A stretch of DNA of 64,000 bases from an uncultured Desulfobacteraceae bacterium (GTDB lineage Bacteria; Desulfobacterota; Desulfobacteria; Desulfobacterales; UBA11574), in NCBI GenBank assembly GCA_964591175.1, contig CAZQAF010000003.1, positions 8,514 through 72,513 of the forward strand. The letters are read 5' to 3'. The translations under genes and the position numbers were made by a program. Every line of letters starts with the position of its first letter. Within the stretch, counting starts at the first letter, position 1. The notes beneath the pieces were generated by a model. The model searched no databases, had not been told where the DNA came from, and saw only the letters and a program-made list of their open reading frames with translations. Below, piece after piece: positions 1 to 8,134 of this stretch.

Positions 1-449
1 CGGCCTTCGTGAATGATGAGCCCGGCATCATACCGACCGATTCGGACGCCTTCAAGAATATTGTCAAACCGGGTAATCTCTACGTTTCGGATTTCAGGAT
101 GCCACAGCCTCAATAGCAGATATGCCGTGGTGTATTCACCGGGCACGGCAATTTTCGCTTCGGAAAGTGAAAGATCTGTGGTTCTTCCCACAAGGAGCGG
201 CCCGCATCCATACCCTAAGGCAGACCCCGCATCGAGAATTTCATAGGATTGTCTGAGTTTAAGATAGGCGTAAAAGGAGAGCTTTGAGATGTGAAAGGTT
301 TTGGAAAACGCCTTCTGATTCAACGCTTCAACATCGTGCATATGGGGAACAAAATGAAGATTTCGGGTATCGATGCAAGCGTGAAGCATGGCATGGAAGA
401 TAAATGTATCGTTGGGGCATGTGGAAAAAGCGATATCGAGCCGTGTCAT
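1..449 (-). CDS. mqnD: 1,4-dihydroxy-6-naphthoate synthase MqnD (futalosine pathway), N-terminal ~149 aa only; gene continues past the left edge
   Basis: Absent from the ORF track because no stop lies inside the window. My reverse translation from ATG at 449 gives MTRLDIAFSTCPNDTFIFHAMLHACIDTRNLHFVPHMHDVEALN...LGYGCGPLLVGR...IIHEG. The STCPNDTF and GCGPLLV patterns are typical of the MqnA/MqnD fold family. The start overlaps the upstream gene's stop as ATGA (446-449). Confidence 0.7.
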   Translation of the reverse strand, partial: MTRLDIAFSTCPNDTFIFHAMLHACIDTRNLHFVPHMHDVEALNQKAFSKTFHISKLSFYAYLKLRQSYEILDAGSALGYGCGPLLVGRTTDLSLSEAKIAVPGEYTTAYLLLRLWHPEIRNVEITRFDNILEGVRIGRYDAGLIIHEG

Positions 450-1531
450 ACCCACTCCTTTATCACCCGGTATCGGGAGTCCCTTTGAACCGGAATCTTC
501 CCGGCATTTTGTATGATATGGATCAATTCTTTTTTGTTGGTCCGGGTTGTGATTCCGGTCGCTTTGACCACGACTTCCTCCATAAGCACCCCGCCCATAT
601 CGTTTGCTCCCATGGCCAGCGCCACCTGGGCCAGCTTCAGTCCCTCAGTCAGCCATCCCGCCTGAATATGGGTGATATTATCCAAAAAGATCCGCGCGAC
701 GGCCAGAATTTTAAGATAATCGATCCCTGTGGCCGGAAGGGAATTTTCCATACGTGTCTTTTCGGGTGAAAAAGACCAGGGAATAAAGGATTGCAAAACT
801 CCGGTTTCATCCTGGATATCCCGGATGACCGTTAAATGGTCGATTTTTTCTTCATCGGTCTCTCCCATTCCATAGGTCATGGTTGCCGACGACACCATGT
901 TGTTCCGGTAAAGGGACCGCATGACCTCGCGCCATTCGTCCACCGTGATTTTTTTCGGACTGACCCTGGCCCGTATTCTGTCCACCAGAAGATCCGATGC
1001 GCCGGGAACGGAGTCGAGACCCGCCGCTTTAAGTTCTTTTACGGCGTCATCCACAGGCAAAGCGCTTTTCCGTGAAATATGAACGAGTTCCGAAGGAGAA
1101 AAAGAGTGAAGATAAATGCCCGGAAAGCGCTTTTTTACCGAAGATACCATATCGATATACGTGCTCAGGGTATACTCGGGATGAAGCCCGCCCTGGAGCA
1201 TGACCTGCGTGCCTCCGGCATCCAGCAGTTCTTCGATTTTCGCATAGATATCTTCTATGGACAGTTCATAAGGCGCAATCAGATTGGCCCGGGCATGAAA
1301 TGCGCAAAATTCACATGCGGCCTCACAGATATTGGTGAAATTGATAATCCGGTCGATGATAAACCCGACCGTTTCCTTTGGGAATGCCAGTTTCCGCCGC
1401 ATATCTCCGGCTTTTCCCAGATCGATGATGTCCCAGGAAAAAAGCTCAAGAGCCTCTGACGGGGTAATCCGGTCTCCCTGGTATATCTTATGATAAAGGT
1501 CGCTGTTTTGGTAAAGGGGTCTCATGTACAA
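446..1531 (-). CDS. Radical-SAM menaquinone (futalosine pathway) enzyme, MqnE/MqnC family (aminofutalosine synthase or cyclic dehypoxanthinyl-futalosine synthase)
   Basis: 361-aa ORF with the CxxxCxxC motif in NFTNICEAACEFCAF and the CofH/ThiH-like tail FIPWSF. It sits among mqnA, mqnD and ubiA/D/X-like genes. I cannot separate MqnC from MqnE by eye. Confidence 0.8.
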   Translation of the reverse strand: MYMRPLYQNSDLYHKIYQGDRITPSEALELFSWDIIDLGKAGDMRRKLAFPKETVGFIIDRIINFTNICEAACEFCAFHARANLIAPYELSIEDIYAKIEELLDAGGTQVMLQGGLHPEYTLSTYIDMVSSVKKRFPGIYLHSFSPSELVHISRKSALPVDDAVKELKAAGLDSVPGASDLLVDRIRARVSPKKITVDEWREVMRSLYRNNMVSSATMTYGMGETDEEKIDHLTVIRDIQDETGVLQSFIPWSFSPEKTRMENSLPATGIDYLKILAVARIFLDNITHIQAGWLTEGLKLAQVALAMGANDMGGVLMEEVVVKATGITTRTNKKELIHIIQNAGKIPVQRDSRYRVIKEWV

Positions 1532-1548
1532 GTAAATATATTCCCATT

Positions 1549-1695
1549 AGAGGCGATCTCAAAATTAGGATTTTCGGTCGAGATCAAGACGAGGCCGAGG
1601 ATAAACCCACAGGCATACGCCAGTATGTCGAGGACTTGATACGAGGGCTCAACGCCGATATCGGACGAAAAGACTTTTTTTAGAGGGCTTCTAGT
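1549..1695 (+). repeat. MITE-like palindromic intergenic repeat, copy 1 (~147 nt)
   Basis: Termini are inverted repeats: gaggcgatctcaaaa at the left and tttttagagggcttc at the right. The interior aligns with 16358-16567 and with the reverse complement of 22803-22933. Shared blocks are ggattttcggtcgagatc, gaggccga.gat.aaccc, tatgtcgaggact, ctcaacgccgata and cggacgaaaagac. Confidence 0.85.
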
Positions 1696-2512
1696 CAATC
1701 GCCGTCAGATAGTTTAAACGCTTCACTTTTTTGAGCAGCCCCATCTCGCCGGCAATGGTATAGTAAAACATCAGGGCCTGTTTTAACTGGTCGTCAAATT
1801 CAAACTCCAACAGATCGAAATAGCCGTTGATGTCGTAAATAATATCCGGATACTTTGCCCTGGCTTTTGAAACGACATGTTCTTTTTCTTCTTCAAGACA
1901 GTTCAATGAACGATGATAAGAAGCAATAACGGATCGTATCCGGGGCAAATATTTTTCAACCACCCGCTGTCTTATCACAAAAACGGCAAACACTACGGGA
2001 AATCCGGTTTTTCTCAGCCACAGATCCCCAAGATCGTAAATATAGGAGATCGGTTCGGAAGATATGGCCATGGCATCGTTTCCGATCACCAGCGCCGCAT
2101 CCAGGTCTTTGAGCACGGGTCTGGGTTGGGAGGGGACATATACCGGCTCCAACTGGTAATAGTTTTTGAGCAGAACTTTCAGGAGCACCTTTGAGGTATG
2201 GGATGCGCTGGTGATTCCCACTTTTTTATGATTGAGATCCTCGATGGGTATTTTGCTCACCAGAATTACCGAGCCTACGTATCCCACCGAGCTTAAACAA
2301 AATTGCGGCAGCACCACCACGTCATCGGCAATCTGGGCACAGGCGGCCGAAGAAACAGGACTCATGTCCAGGTGGTGATCCGTCATCATTTGGTTCAGCT
2401 TGCACGGATATCCCGGATAGATGCGGATTCCCTCGACGGTCTGTCTTTCGAACATTGAAAAATAAAACGGATAACAATTGAGATAATCGATGTAGCCCAG
2501 TTTCATGCACAC
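1691..2512 (-). CDS. mqnA: Chorismate dehydratase MqnA (first step of the futalosine pathway)
   Basis: 273-aa ORF. The N-terminus MKLGYIDYLNCYPFYF is characteristic of MqnA (periplasmic-binding-protein-like fold). It lies in the mqn operon. Confidence 0.75.
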   Translation of the reverse strand: MCMKLGYIDYLNCYPFYFSMFERQTVEGIRIYPGYPCKLNQMMTDHHLDMSPVSSAACAQIADDVVVLPQFCLSSVGYVGSVILVSKIPIEDLNHKKVGITSASHTSKVLLKVLLKNYYQLEPVYVPSQPRPVLKDLDAALVIGNDAMAISSEPISYIYDLGDLWLRKTGFPVVFAVFVIRQRVVEKYLPRIRSVIASYHRSLNCLEEEKEHVVSKARAKYPDIIYDINGYFDLLEFEFDDQLKQALMFYYTIAGEMGLLKKVKRLNYLTAID

Positions 2513-3621
2513 ACCTCTTTCGAACAGGATGATGCAATGCGATAACTGGCGGTGGTCCGTTCGGGGACGAGACGAGCCTTTTCAATGAGCCTTCTTAAAA
2601 AAGGTTCCGATCCGAAATCGGGCGTCTTTGCACCGGCCGCATGCACCACTTTTTCATTGTGATAAGTGGCGCCGATATCATCGACACCGAACCTGAGAAG
2701 GACCTGGGCCATTTTATCCCCGACATACATCCATAAGGCTTTTAAATGCGGTACATTGTGAAGAAAAATCCGGCTCGCGGCGTAAATTCGAATGTCGTCA
2801 TATCCGGTGGTGGATTGCTTGGCATTGATTTTCGTATTTTCTCCGTGAAACTGCAAAGGGACAAAGGTTTTAAAACCACCGGTCTCGTCCTGGAGATCAC
2901 GGAGCCGCGACAGATGATCGACGACATCTTCAGGATTCTCGATATGATTATACAGCATGGTTGCATTGGTTTTAAGGCCCATTTTATGGGCCGTCCGCAT
3001 GACGGACAGCCATTTTGTCCCGGATATTTTTTTAGGAGCGATGATGTCGCGCACATGGGAAGAAAAAATCTCGGCCCCGCCCCCGGGCAGGGCTTCGACG
3101 CCGGCGTCAATCAATCTTCTAAATACTTCTTCCAAGGGCATCCGATTTATTTTCGCGAAGTAATCGTATTCAACGGCAGTAAAGCCGACGATGTGCAAAT
3201 CCGGCTTTATTCTTTTAATAAGACGTAACATCTCTTCAAAAAAGTCCAGGGTCAACTCGGGATTAAGACCGCCCACGATGTGCACTTCGTCGATCCCCAT
3301 GGAAACGGCTTTTCGTATCCGCCTTTCGATCTCCTCGAGTGAAAGCAAAAATGCGTGTTTATCCCCCTCGTCGCAGGAATAGGCGCAAAGGGGGCATCTC
3401 AGCTCGCAGATATTGGTGTAATTCAGATTCATATTGACACCGTAATAGGCAATGTCTCCGTGCAACCTTGTCCTGACGTGATGGGCGATGGCCCCCAAAT
3501 CGAGGATGTCGTTTGTGGTGAGCATACAAAACGCGTCTTCTTTGCTCACCGGAACACTACCGGCGACTTTTTCGGCGATACTGCGAAGATTTTTGTTTTT
3601 GATGTTATTCGGAAATGTCAT
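2503..3621 (-). CDS. Radical-SAM menaquinone (futalosine pathway) enzyme, MqnC/MqnE family (second paralogue)
   Basis: 372-aa ORF with NYTNICELRCPLCAY (CxxxCxxC), GGLNPE and FVPLQF. It is a paralogue of the 446-1531 product. Confidence 0.8.
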   Translation of the reverse strand: MTFPNNIKNKNLRSIAEKVAGSVPVSKEDAFCMLTTNDILDLGAIAHHVRTRLHGDIAYYGVNMNLNYTNICELRCPLCAYSCDEGDKHAFLLSLEEIERRIRKAVSMGIDEVHIVGGLNPELTLDFFEEMLRLIKRIKPDLHIVGFTAVEYDYFAKINRMPLEEVFRRLIDAGVEALPGGGAEIFSSHVRDIIAPKKISGTKWLSVMRTAHKMGLKTNATMLYNHIENPEDVVDHLSRLRDLQDETGGFKTFVPLQFHGENTKINAKQSTTGYDDIRIYAASRIFLHNVPHLKALWMYVGDKMAQVLLRFGVDDIGATYHNEKVVHAAGAKTPDFGSEPFLRRLIEKARLVPERTTASYRIASSCSKEVCA

Positions 3622-3632
3622 TTTATAATTGT

Positions 3633-4226
3633 TTACTCGCCCCAGCTTACAAACAGACGGTGTTTCCTGCCCAAAAGGTTCAGTATCTTACCCACTACAA
3701 AGTCGACCACATCAGAAATGGACTCGGGACGCGTATAGAATCCCGGCACCGGCGGCACAATCTCTATGCCGGCCCGGGCCGCTTTATGTAAATTTTCAGT
3801 GTGGATGACGCTAAGCGGCGTTTCCCTGGGCACAACAATGCATCTTCGCTTTTCTTTGAGCGCCACGTCACAGGCCCGCGTTATCAGGGAATCGGCATAA
3901 CCGTGCACGATGGCGGAAAGTGTTTTCATGGAACAGGGGATCACCGCAACCGCTTCAAATTGCGCGGAACCGCTGGCAACCGGAGAAAAGAAATTATTAT
4001 TTTTATATTCGTTCAAAAGATCAAGGTTTTTTGCAACACCCCGCGCTTCAAGGAGATCTCTCAAGGATGAAAAAGGCGCTTTTTCCAACAACATTTCATA
4101 CTCGATGATCCGGCCGGCCGGCTGTGATACGATGGCCGCCACACGCTCGTTTAAATTGAGGAGTTCTTCAATTAAACGAATCCCCATAATCGGGCCGCTG
4201 GCACCTGAAATGGCAACAACAATCAT
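3633..4226 (-). CDS. ubiX: UbiX-family flavin prenyltransferase (MqnM-like partner of the UbiD-like decarboxylase)
   Basis: The conserved part starts at MIVVAISGASGPIMGIRLIEEL, whose ATG is at 4226. The 140-aa extension in the track ORF (to 4646) overlaps the ubiA-like gene and is low-complexity. Confidence 0.8.
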   Translation of the reverse strand: MIVVAISGASGPIMGIRLIEELLNLNERVAAIVSQPAGRIIEYEMLLEKAPFSSLRDLLEARGVAKNLDLLNEYKNNNFFSPVASGSAQFEAVAVIPCSMKTLSAIVHGYADSLITRACDVALKEKRRCIVVPRETPLSVIHTENLHKAARAGIEIVPPVPGFYTRPESISDVVDFVVGKILNLLGRKHRLFVSWGE

Positions 4227-4300
4227 CTTGATGAAAATACTCCGCGTTTTATGTTTAAATTTACCATGTTTCTCTCCAAAACATTGATGAAGCGCCTTAT

Positions 4301-5143
4301 CTACGAGAAAAAGACGTCCGTGAGTGTTCCCAAAAAAAGGATCGGGGATATATACATGTTGACTTTTAAAAAAACTTTCACCGCCTCGGCAATATCCTGA
4401 CGCCTGGCAAGTCGCTGCTGATATAAATATATCAGAGAAACCGATATCACCGCAATCCAGTAAAAGCCGTTTTTGTGAGTGATAAATCCCGCATATATCA
4501 TAGCACCGGCGGATATCGTATAGCAAGCGGCGGAGATAAAAAGCGCCGTTTGCTTTCCCAGACGAACCGGTATGGAATGAAGATTCTCTTGGGTGTCGAA
4601 TTCCATATCCTGTATCGCATAGACAATATCCAGTCCTGCAATCCAAGTCAATATAACCAGTCCCAGCACAAAGGGAACCTGGGTAAATTTTCCGGTCACG
4701 GCAAGGTATCCGCCGATGGGCGCCGCAGCCTCGACAAGACCCAAATAAAAGTGAGAAGAAGCGCTGAAGCGTTTAAAATAGGAATAGGTGAACAGCAAAA
4801 AAACCGCCGGAAAGGACAGGTAAAAACAGATTCTGTTCAGCATGAAAGATGCCCCGACGAGCATCAGCGAAGACACCATCGCCATCAGCCATACGCTTTT
4901 CGGCCGAACATCTCCTTTTGGAATCAGTCGATCCCGGGTTCGTGGATTTTTGGCATCGATACCGGCATCGATAACGCGATTGAAAGACATCCCGGCGGTT
5001 CGGGCCGCCACCATTGCAATAATCACGAAAAACCAGGTCCTTAAATTTCCTCCGCCGGCAAAAAGCACCCCCAGCAATGCAAAAGGCAGGGCAAAAAAGG
5101 TCTGTTCGATCATCATCAGTTCGGAGAATGTTTTAAAATCCAT
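4301..5143 (-). CDS. UbiA-family aromatic prenyltransferase (MqnP-like, 1,4-dihydroxy-6-naphthoate prenylation inferred)
   Basis: Polytopic membrane protein with NRVIDAGIDAKNPRTRDR (the UbiA NxxxDxxxD-type motif) and a second D-rich motif, YAIQDMEFD. I prefer the start MDFKTFSELMMIEQTFF at 5143, which overlaps the ubiD-like stop by 11 nt. Confidence 0.8.
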   Translation of the reverse strand: MDFKTFSELMMIEQTFFALPFALLGVLFAGGGNLRTWFFVIIAMVAARTAGMSFNRVIDAGIDAKNPRTRDRLIPKGDVRPKSVWLMAMVSSLMLVGASFMLNRICFYLSFPAVFLLFTYSYFKRFSASSHFYLGLVEAAAPIGGYLAVTGKFTQVPFVLGLVILTWIAGLDIVYAIQDMEFDTQENLHSIPVRLGKQTALFISAACYTISAGAMIYAGFITHKNGFYWIAVISVSLIYLYQQRLARRQDIAEAVKVFLKVNMYISPILFLGTLTDVFFS

Positions 5144-6578
5144 ACTCTTTCCAACGGCTGTCGACTTTTTTGATGATCTCTTCAGACATTTTGATTTCAT
5201 CGGGCCATTTTCGGCCCATGCCTTCTTCACGGGTCTTTCGGGTGGCGTCTATTCCCATTTTACCACCGAAATTCGAATAGGGCGCGGAATGGTCCAATGC
5301 ATCCAGGGGCCCCTCCGACACCAACAGATCTCTTTTGGGATCGACATTATTTAAAAGTTTCCAAACCACTGTGCGCGAATCTTTCAGGTCGATATCTTTA
5401 TCAAATACGGCAATGTATTTAGTGGACGCCATCTGTCCGAGCCCCCAGAGCGCGTTGATGACCTTCTTGGCATGGCCCGGAAATTTTTTATCGATGGAGA
5501 TCAATGCACAATTATGAAACACGCCCTCTATGGGAAGCTCCATGTCCACAATTTCCGGTACAAGCATTTTCAGTGCCGGCAAAAAAATTCTTTCCGTCGC
5601 TTTTGCCATATAACAGTCTTCCATAGGAGGCTTTCCAACGATGGTTGCCGGATAAATTGCGTCATCTCTGGCGGTGATGCAGGTGACATGGAATACCGGA
5701 TAACGATCGGCAGGGGAATAGAATCCGGTATGGTCCCCGAAGGGGCCTTCGGTACGAACCTCGTTCGGATCCACATACCCTTCAATCACAAAGTCGGATT
5801 CCGACGGAACAAAGATATCAACGGTTTTGGCACGGGTGATTTCTATGGGCTTTGATCCGATAAAACCGGCCAGCAGCAATTCATCGATATCAGGGGGAAG
5901 CGGCGCTGTGGCAGCATAGGTTACCAGGGGCGATCCGCCGAGGACCACCGCCACTTCCATTCGCTCTCCCCGGGATTTGTATTTATCAAAGTGGCGGTTG
6001 CCGTCTTTATTGTACTGCCAGTGCATGCCGGTGGTGGCATGATCGTATTTGTGCATGCGATACATGCCCATATTTTGAATCCCCGTATCCGGATCTTTGG
6101 TAATGACAACCGGAAGCGTAATAAACGGCCCGCCGTCGTGGGGCCAGCAGGTCAGTATGGGGAGAAGATTTAAAAGAGGGCCGTCCATTTCGTAGGTCTG
6201 TTCCTGGCAGGGCGCATGTTTTACTTTTTTCGGTGTGACTTTTGATAATGCTTTAAGATCGAAGAGCATTTTGATCTTTTGGCTAAAACTGCCGGGCGGC
6301 TTAAATTTGATGAGCGCTTCGATACGTCGGGCGACATCGTCAAACCCGCTGCATCCCAACACCAATTCCATGCGTCGAAAACTGCCGAAGGCATTGATGA
6401 GCAGGGGAAACGGTGAGCCTTTGATTTTTTCAAAAAATAGCGCCGGACCATAAGTCTTGCTCATCCGGTCAGCGATTTCCGTAATCTCCAGCACCGGGTC
6501 CACCTCTGCGGAGATTCTTTTCAGTTCGCCCTCGGATTCCAATATTTTGATGAATTCTTTGGTGTTCTTAATAGGCAT
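5133..6578 (-). CDS. UbiD-family (prFMN-dependent) decarboxylase, MqnL-like
   Basis: The N-terminus MPIKNTKEFIKILESEGELKRISAEVDP is typical of UbiD. Full-length similarity pattern includes GGPFITLPVVITKDP and GDHTGFY. I prefer the start at 6578. Confidence 0.85.
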   Translation of the reverse strand: MPIKNTKEFIKILESEGELKRISAEVDPVLEITEIADRMSKTYGPALFFEKIKGSPFPLLINAFGSFRRMELVLGCSGFDDVARRIEALIKFKPPGSFSQKIKMLFDLKALSKVTPKKVKHAPCQEQTYEMDGPLLNLLPILTCWPHDGGPFITLPVVITKDPDTGIQNMGMYRMHKYDHATTGMHWQYNKDGNRHFDKYKSRGERMEVAVVLGGSPLVTYAATAPLPPDIDELLLAGFIGSKPIEITRAKTVDIFVPSESDFVIEGYVDPNEVRTEGPFGDHTGFYSPADRYPVFHVTCITARDDAIYPATIVGKPPMEDCYMAKATERIFLPALKMLVPEIVDMELPIEGVFHNCALISIDKKFPGHAKKVINALWGLGQMASTKYIAVFDKDIDLKDSRTVVWKLLNNVDPKRDLLVSEGPLDALDHSAPYSNFGGKMGIDATRKTREEGMGRKWPDEIKMSEEIIKKVDSRWKEYGF

Positions 6579-6671
6579 AAGCCGATCATCCTTACCCACA
6601 CAGTGTATTACATTTTGGAGAGAAAATATAGATAAATGAAGAAAGCGTGTCAAGGCGGAAAAATAAGGGGA

Positions 6672-6721
6672 AAAGATCGTCGAAATACATGATGCACCGT
6701 CTAACGGGACATGTTTCGACG
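6672..6721 (-). terminator. Probable intrinsic terminator downstream of the RNase H-like gene
   Basis: On the minus strand the stem is CGTCGAAACATG...CATG(ta)TTTCGACG with an apical ccgt-cta-acgg hairpin, followed by atcttttcccc. Confidence 0.45.
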
Positions 6722-6722
6722 T

Positions 6723-7568
6723 TTAGAAAAACCTGAAATGATTTTGCCGGGATCGTATCCTTTTTACCGTCTCAATATCCGCACGAAACGGCGAATTCGT
6801 CAAATCCGGCTCCGGCAAAAAATTGCTGTAAAACGGGGTGTCTTTGATTTTTAGATTGTAAGCCGTTACCATCAAATTCTCAAGGGTCAGCACATCCTGA
6901 ATATTATAGGCCAGCAGCGTTTCAAGTGCTTTTTCATTCCCGTTGTTTCGATAGTCAAGCCACAAAAGGACCGCGAAGAATCCATCGATGCCCGCTAAAT
7001 CCCCCCTATAAAATCCCAATTGGTTTTCACAGGACTTCAGGCCGCCTTTATATCCTAAACCTGCCAGGATATATCTTAAGTCGATGTGTGCCTGGTTCAA
7101 TTCGATGCCGAAAGTTTTTTCGATAAACGGAACATCGAAATTTTTACCGTTATACGTCACAATGACTTTGTATCGCTGGATATCCTCAGGGAAATCATCC
7201 AGATTTCGGTCGTTGACATAATGGAAAATCGATTTCCCGTCATAAAGTGCAATGGTGGTGATGGTTTCGCCATAGTGACTCAACCCTGTCGTTTCAATGT
7301 CAAGGTAGACGGTAACATCTCTAAATTCAGGGAAAAAGCGCCAGTGATGACTCGCTGGCAAACGGTCGGCAAAGTAGTTTACATTCAAAGAAACCATCTG
7401 ATGTTTTGATTCCCGGAGGCATTTGGCCATTGTCTCCATTTTCTTCGGCAAAAAACCAGAACCGCCGATTGTTGCGCAACGGTCCCAGCTAAAAATGCCG
7501 GTTTCCCATAAGCGCTGTTCTGTTTTAACCCCGATACCCGGAATATGGAGAAATGTATTTTGAAGCAT
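6723..7568 (-). CDS. RNase H-like (DnaQ/YprB-type) predicted exonuclease with an N-terminal helix-hairpin-helix
   Basis: PGIGVKTEQRLWETGI is the HhH element. YLDIETTGL is the ExoI motif. NGKNFDVPF and AYNIQDV are also present. Confidence 0.7.
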   Translation of the reverse strand: MLQNTFLHIPGIGVKTEQRLWETGIFSWDRCATIGGSGFLPKKMETMAKCLRESKHQMVSLNVNYFADRLPASHHWRFFPEFRDVTVYLDIETTGLSHYGETITTIALYDGKSIFHYVNDRNLDDFPEDIQRYKVIVTYNGKNFDVPFIEKTFGIELNQAHIDLRYILAGLGYKGGLKSCENQLGFYRGDLAGIDGFFAVLLWLDYRNNGNEKALETLLAYNIQDVLTLENLMVTAYNLKIKDTPFYSNFLPEPDLTNSPFRADIETVKRIRSRQNHFRFF

Positions 7569-7615
7569 CTGATATCAAAGAATGCATGGCGTTTTGCGGA
7601 TATTCGAATTCTTTA

Positions 7616-7722
7616 GTCAACCGCTGCCCGCAACACTCTCGCTTGCGAGGCGGGCGGGTCAGTGCTTTCTGCGTTGAACTTACATCCGGGTGCAAAGCAC
7701 CCGGTATGTTTAGCAAGAATCA
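7616..7722 (+). repeat. Hairpin-rich intergenic repeat family B, copy A (possible structured RNA)
   Basis: cagtgctttctgcgttgaacttacatccgggtgcaaagcacccggtatgtttagcaagaatc aligns almost base for base with the reverse complement of 48522-48590. Both copies start with gtcaa.c.ctgcccgc plus a GC hairpin. This copy contains the perfect hairpin ccgggtgc-aaa-gcacccgg. Confidence 0.75.
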
Positions 7723-7864
7723 ATAAAAAAGCAGAATCCTATCGGATCCTGCCGGAAGGTTTTGAAACCACTTCTAACTATTCGGATCGTTTCGACTCCA
7801 GGCGTCCGTCGGAATTGCGTCTCCTCTCCTTGCCGGATCTTCGTTCCGGAATATGTTTATCGTA

Positions 7865-7896
7865 GGAAAATTGACGCCGATCAACACCCAGGCGTC
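7865..7896 (-). terminator. Possible intrinsic terminator after the PEP-CTERM gene
   Basis: On the minus strand, gacgcc-N12-ggcgtc is followed by aattttcc. Confidence 0.35.
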
Positions 7897-7933
7897 GATC
7901 GTTATTTGCGGGCCATGGCGTATTCATGACCCG

Positions 7934-8134
7934 CTACTTTTTAATCTTTTTGCGCCCTAATCCGGCCAAGCCGACCAAACCAACACCGAGCAAAAAAATG
8001 CTGGCAGGCTCCGGAACGGGGGGTAATTTGGCGATTACAGATTCCGAGTCGGTTCCGGCAAATGCCGAAACAACGATAAACCCCAATATAAAAATGAATG
8101 GGAGTACGGCCACTCCTATATATTTCTTATTCAT
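7934..8134 (-). CDS. Minimal PEP-CTERM sorting-domain protein (66 aa)
   Basis: MNKKYIGVAVLPFIFILGFIVVSAFA is a signal peptide. GTDSESVIAKLPP is a 13-aa spacer. VPEPASIFLLGVGLVGLAGLGRKKIKK carries PEP, a TM helix and a basic tail. A GAGGAG RBS lies 5 nt upstream of the ATG at 8134. Confidence 0.75.
   Translation of the reverse strand: MNKKYIGVAVLPFIFILGFIVVSAFAGTDSESVIAKLPPVPEPASIFLLGVGLVGLAGLGRKKIKK

Noticed and set aside
4227-4646. The 140-aa N-terminal extension of track ORF 3633-4646 (ubiX-like). Similar 5' extensions occur in 4301-5230 (ubiA-like), 5133-6653 (ubiD-like), 43142-43933 (DJ-1/PfpI), 47299-48492 (gpgS) and 38267-39121 (FeS protein).
   Set aside because: These extensions overlap the upstream conserved gene and are compositionally odd (Cys/Arg/Gly-rich). 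The conserved family N-termini begin at internal ATGs that have better RBSs or form short start/stop overlaps with the upstream gene. Shorter coordinates are used in the feature list.
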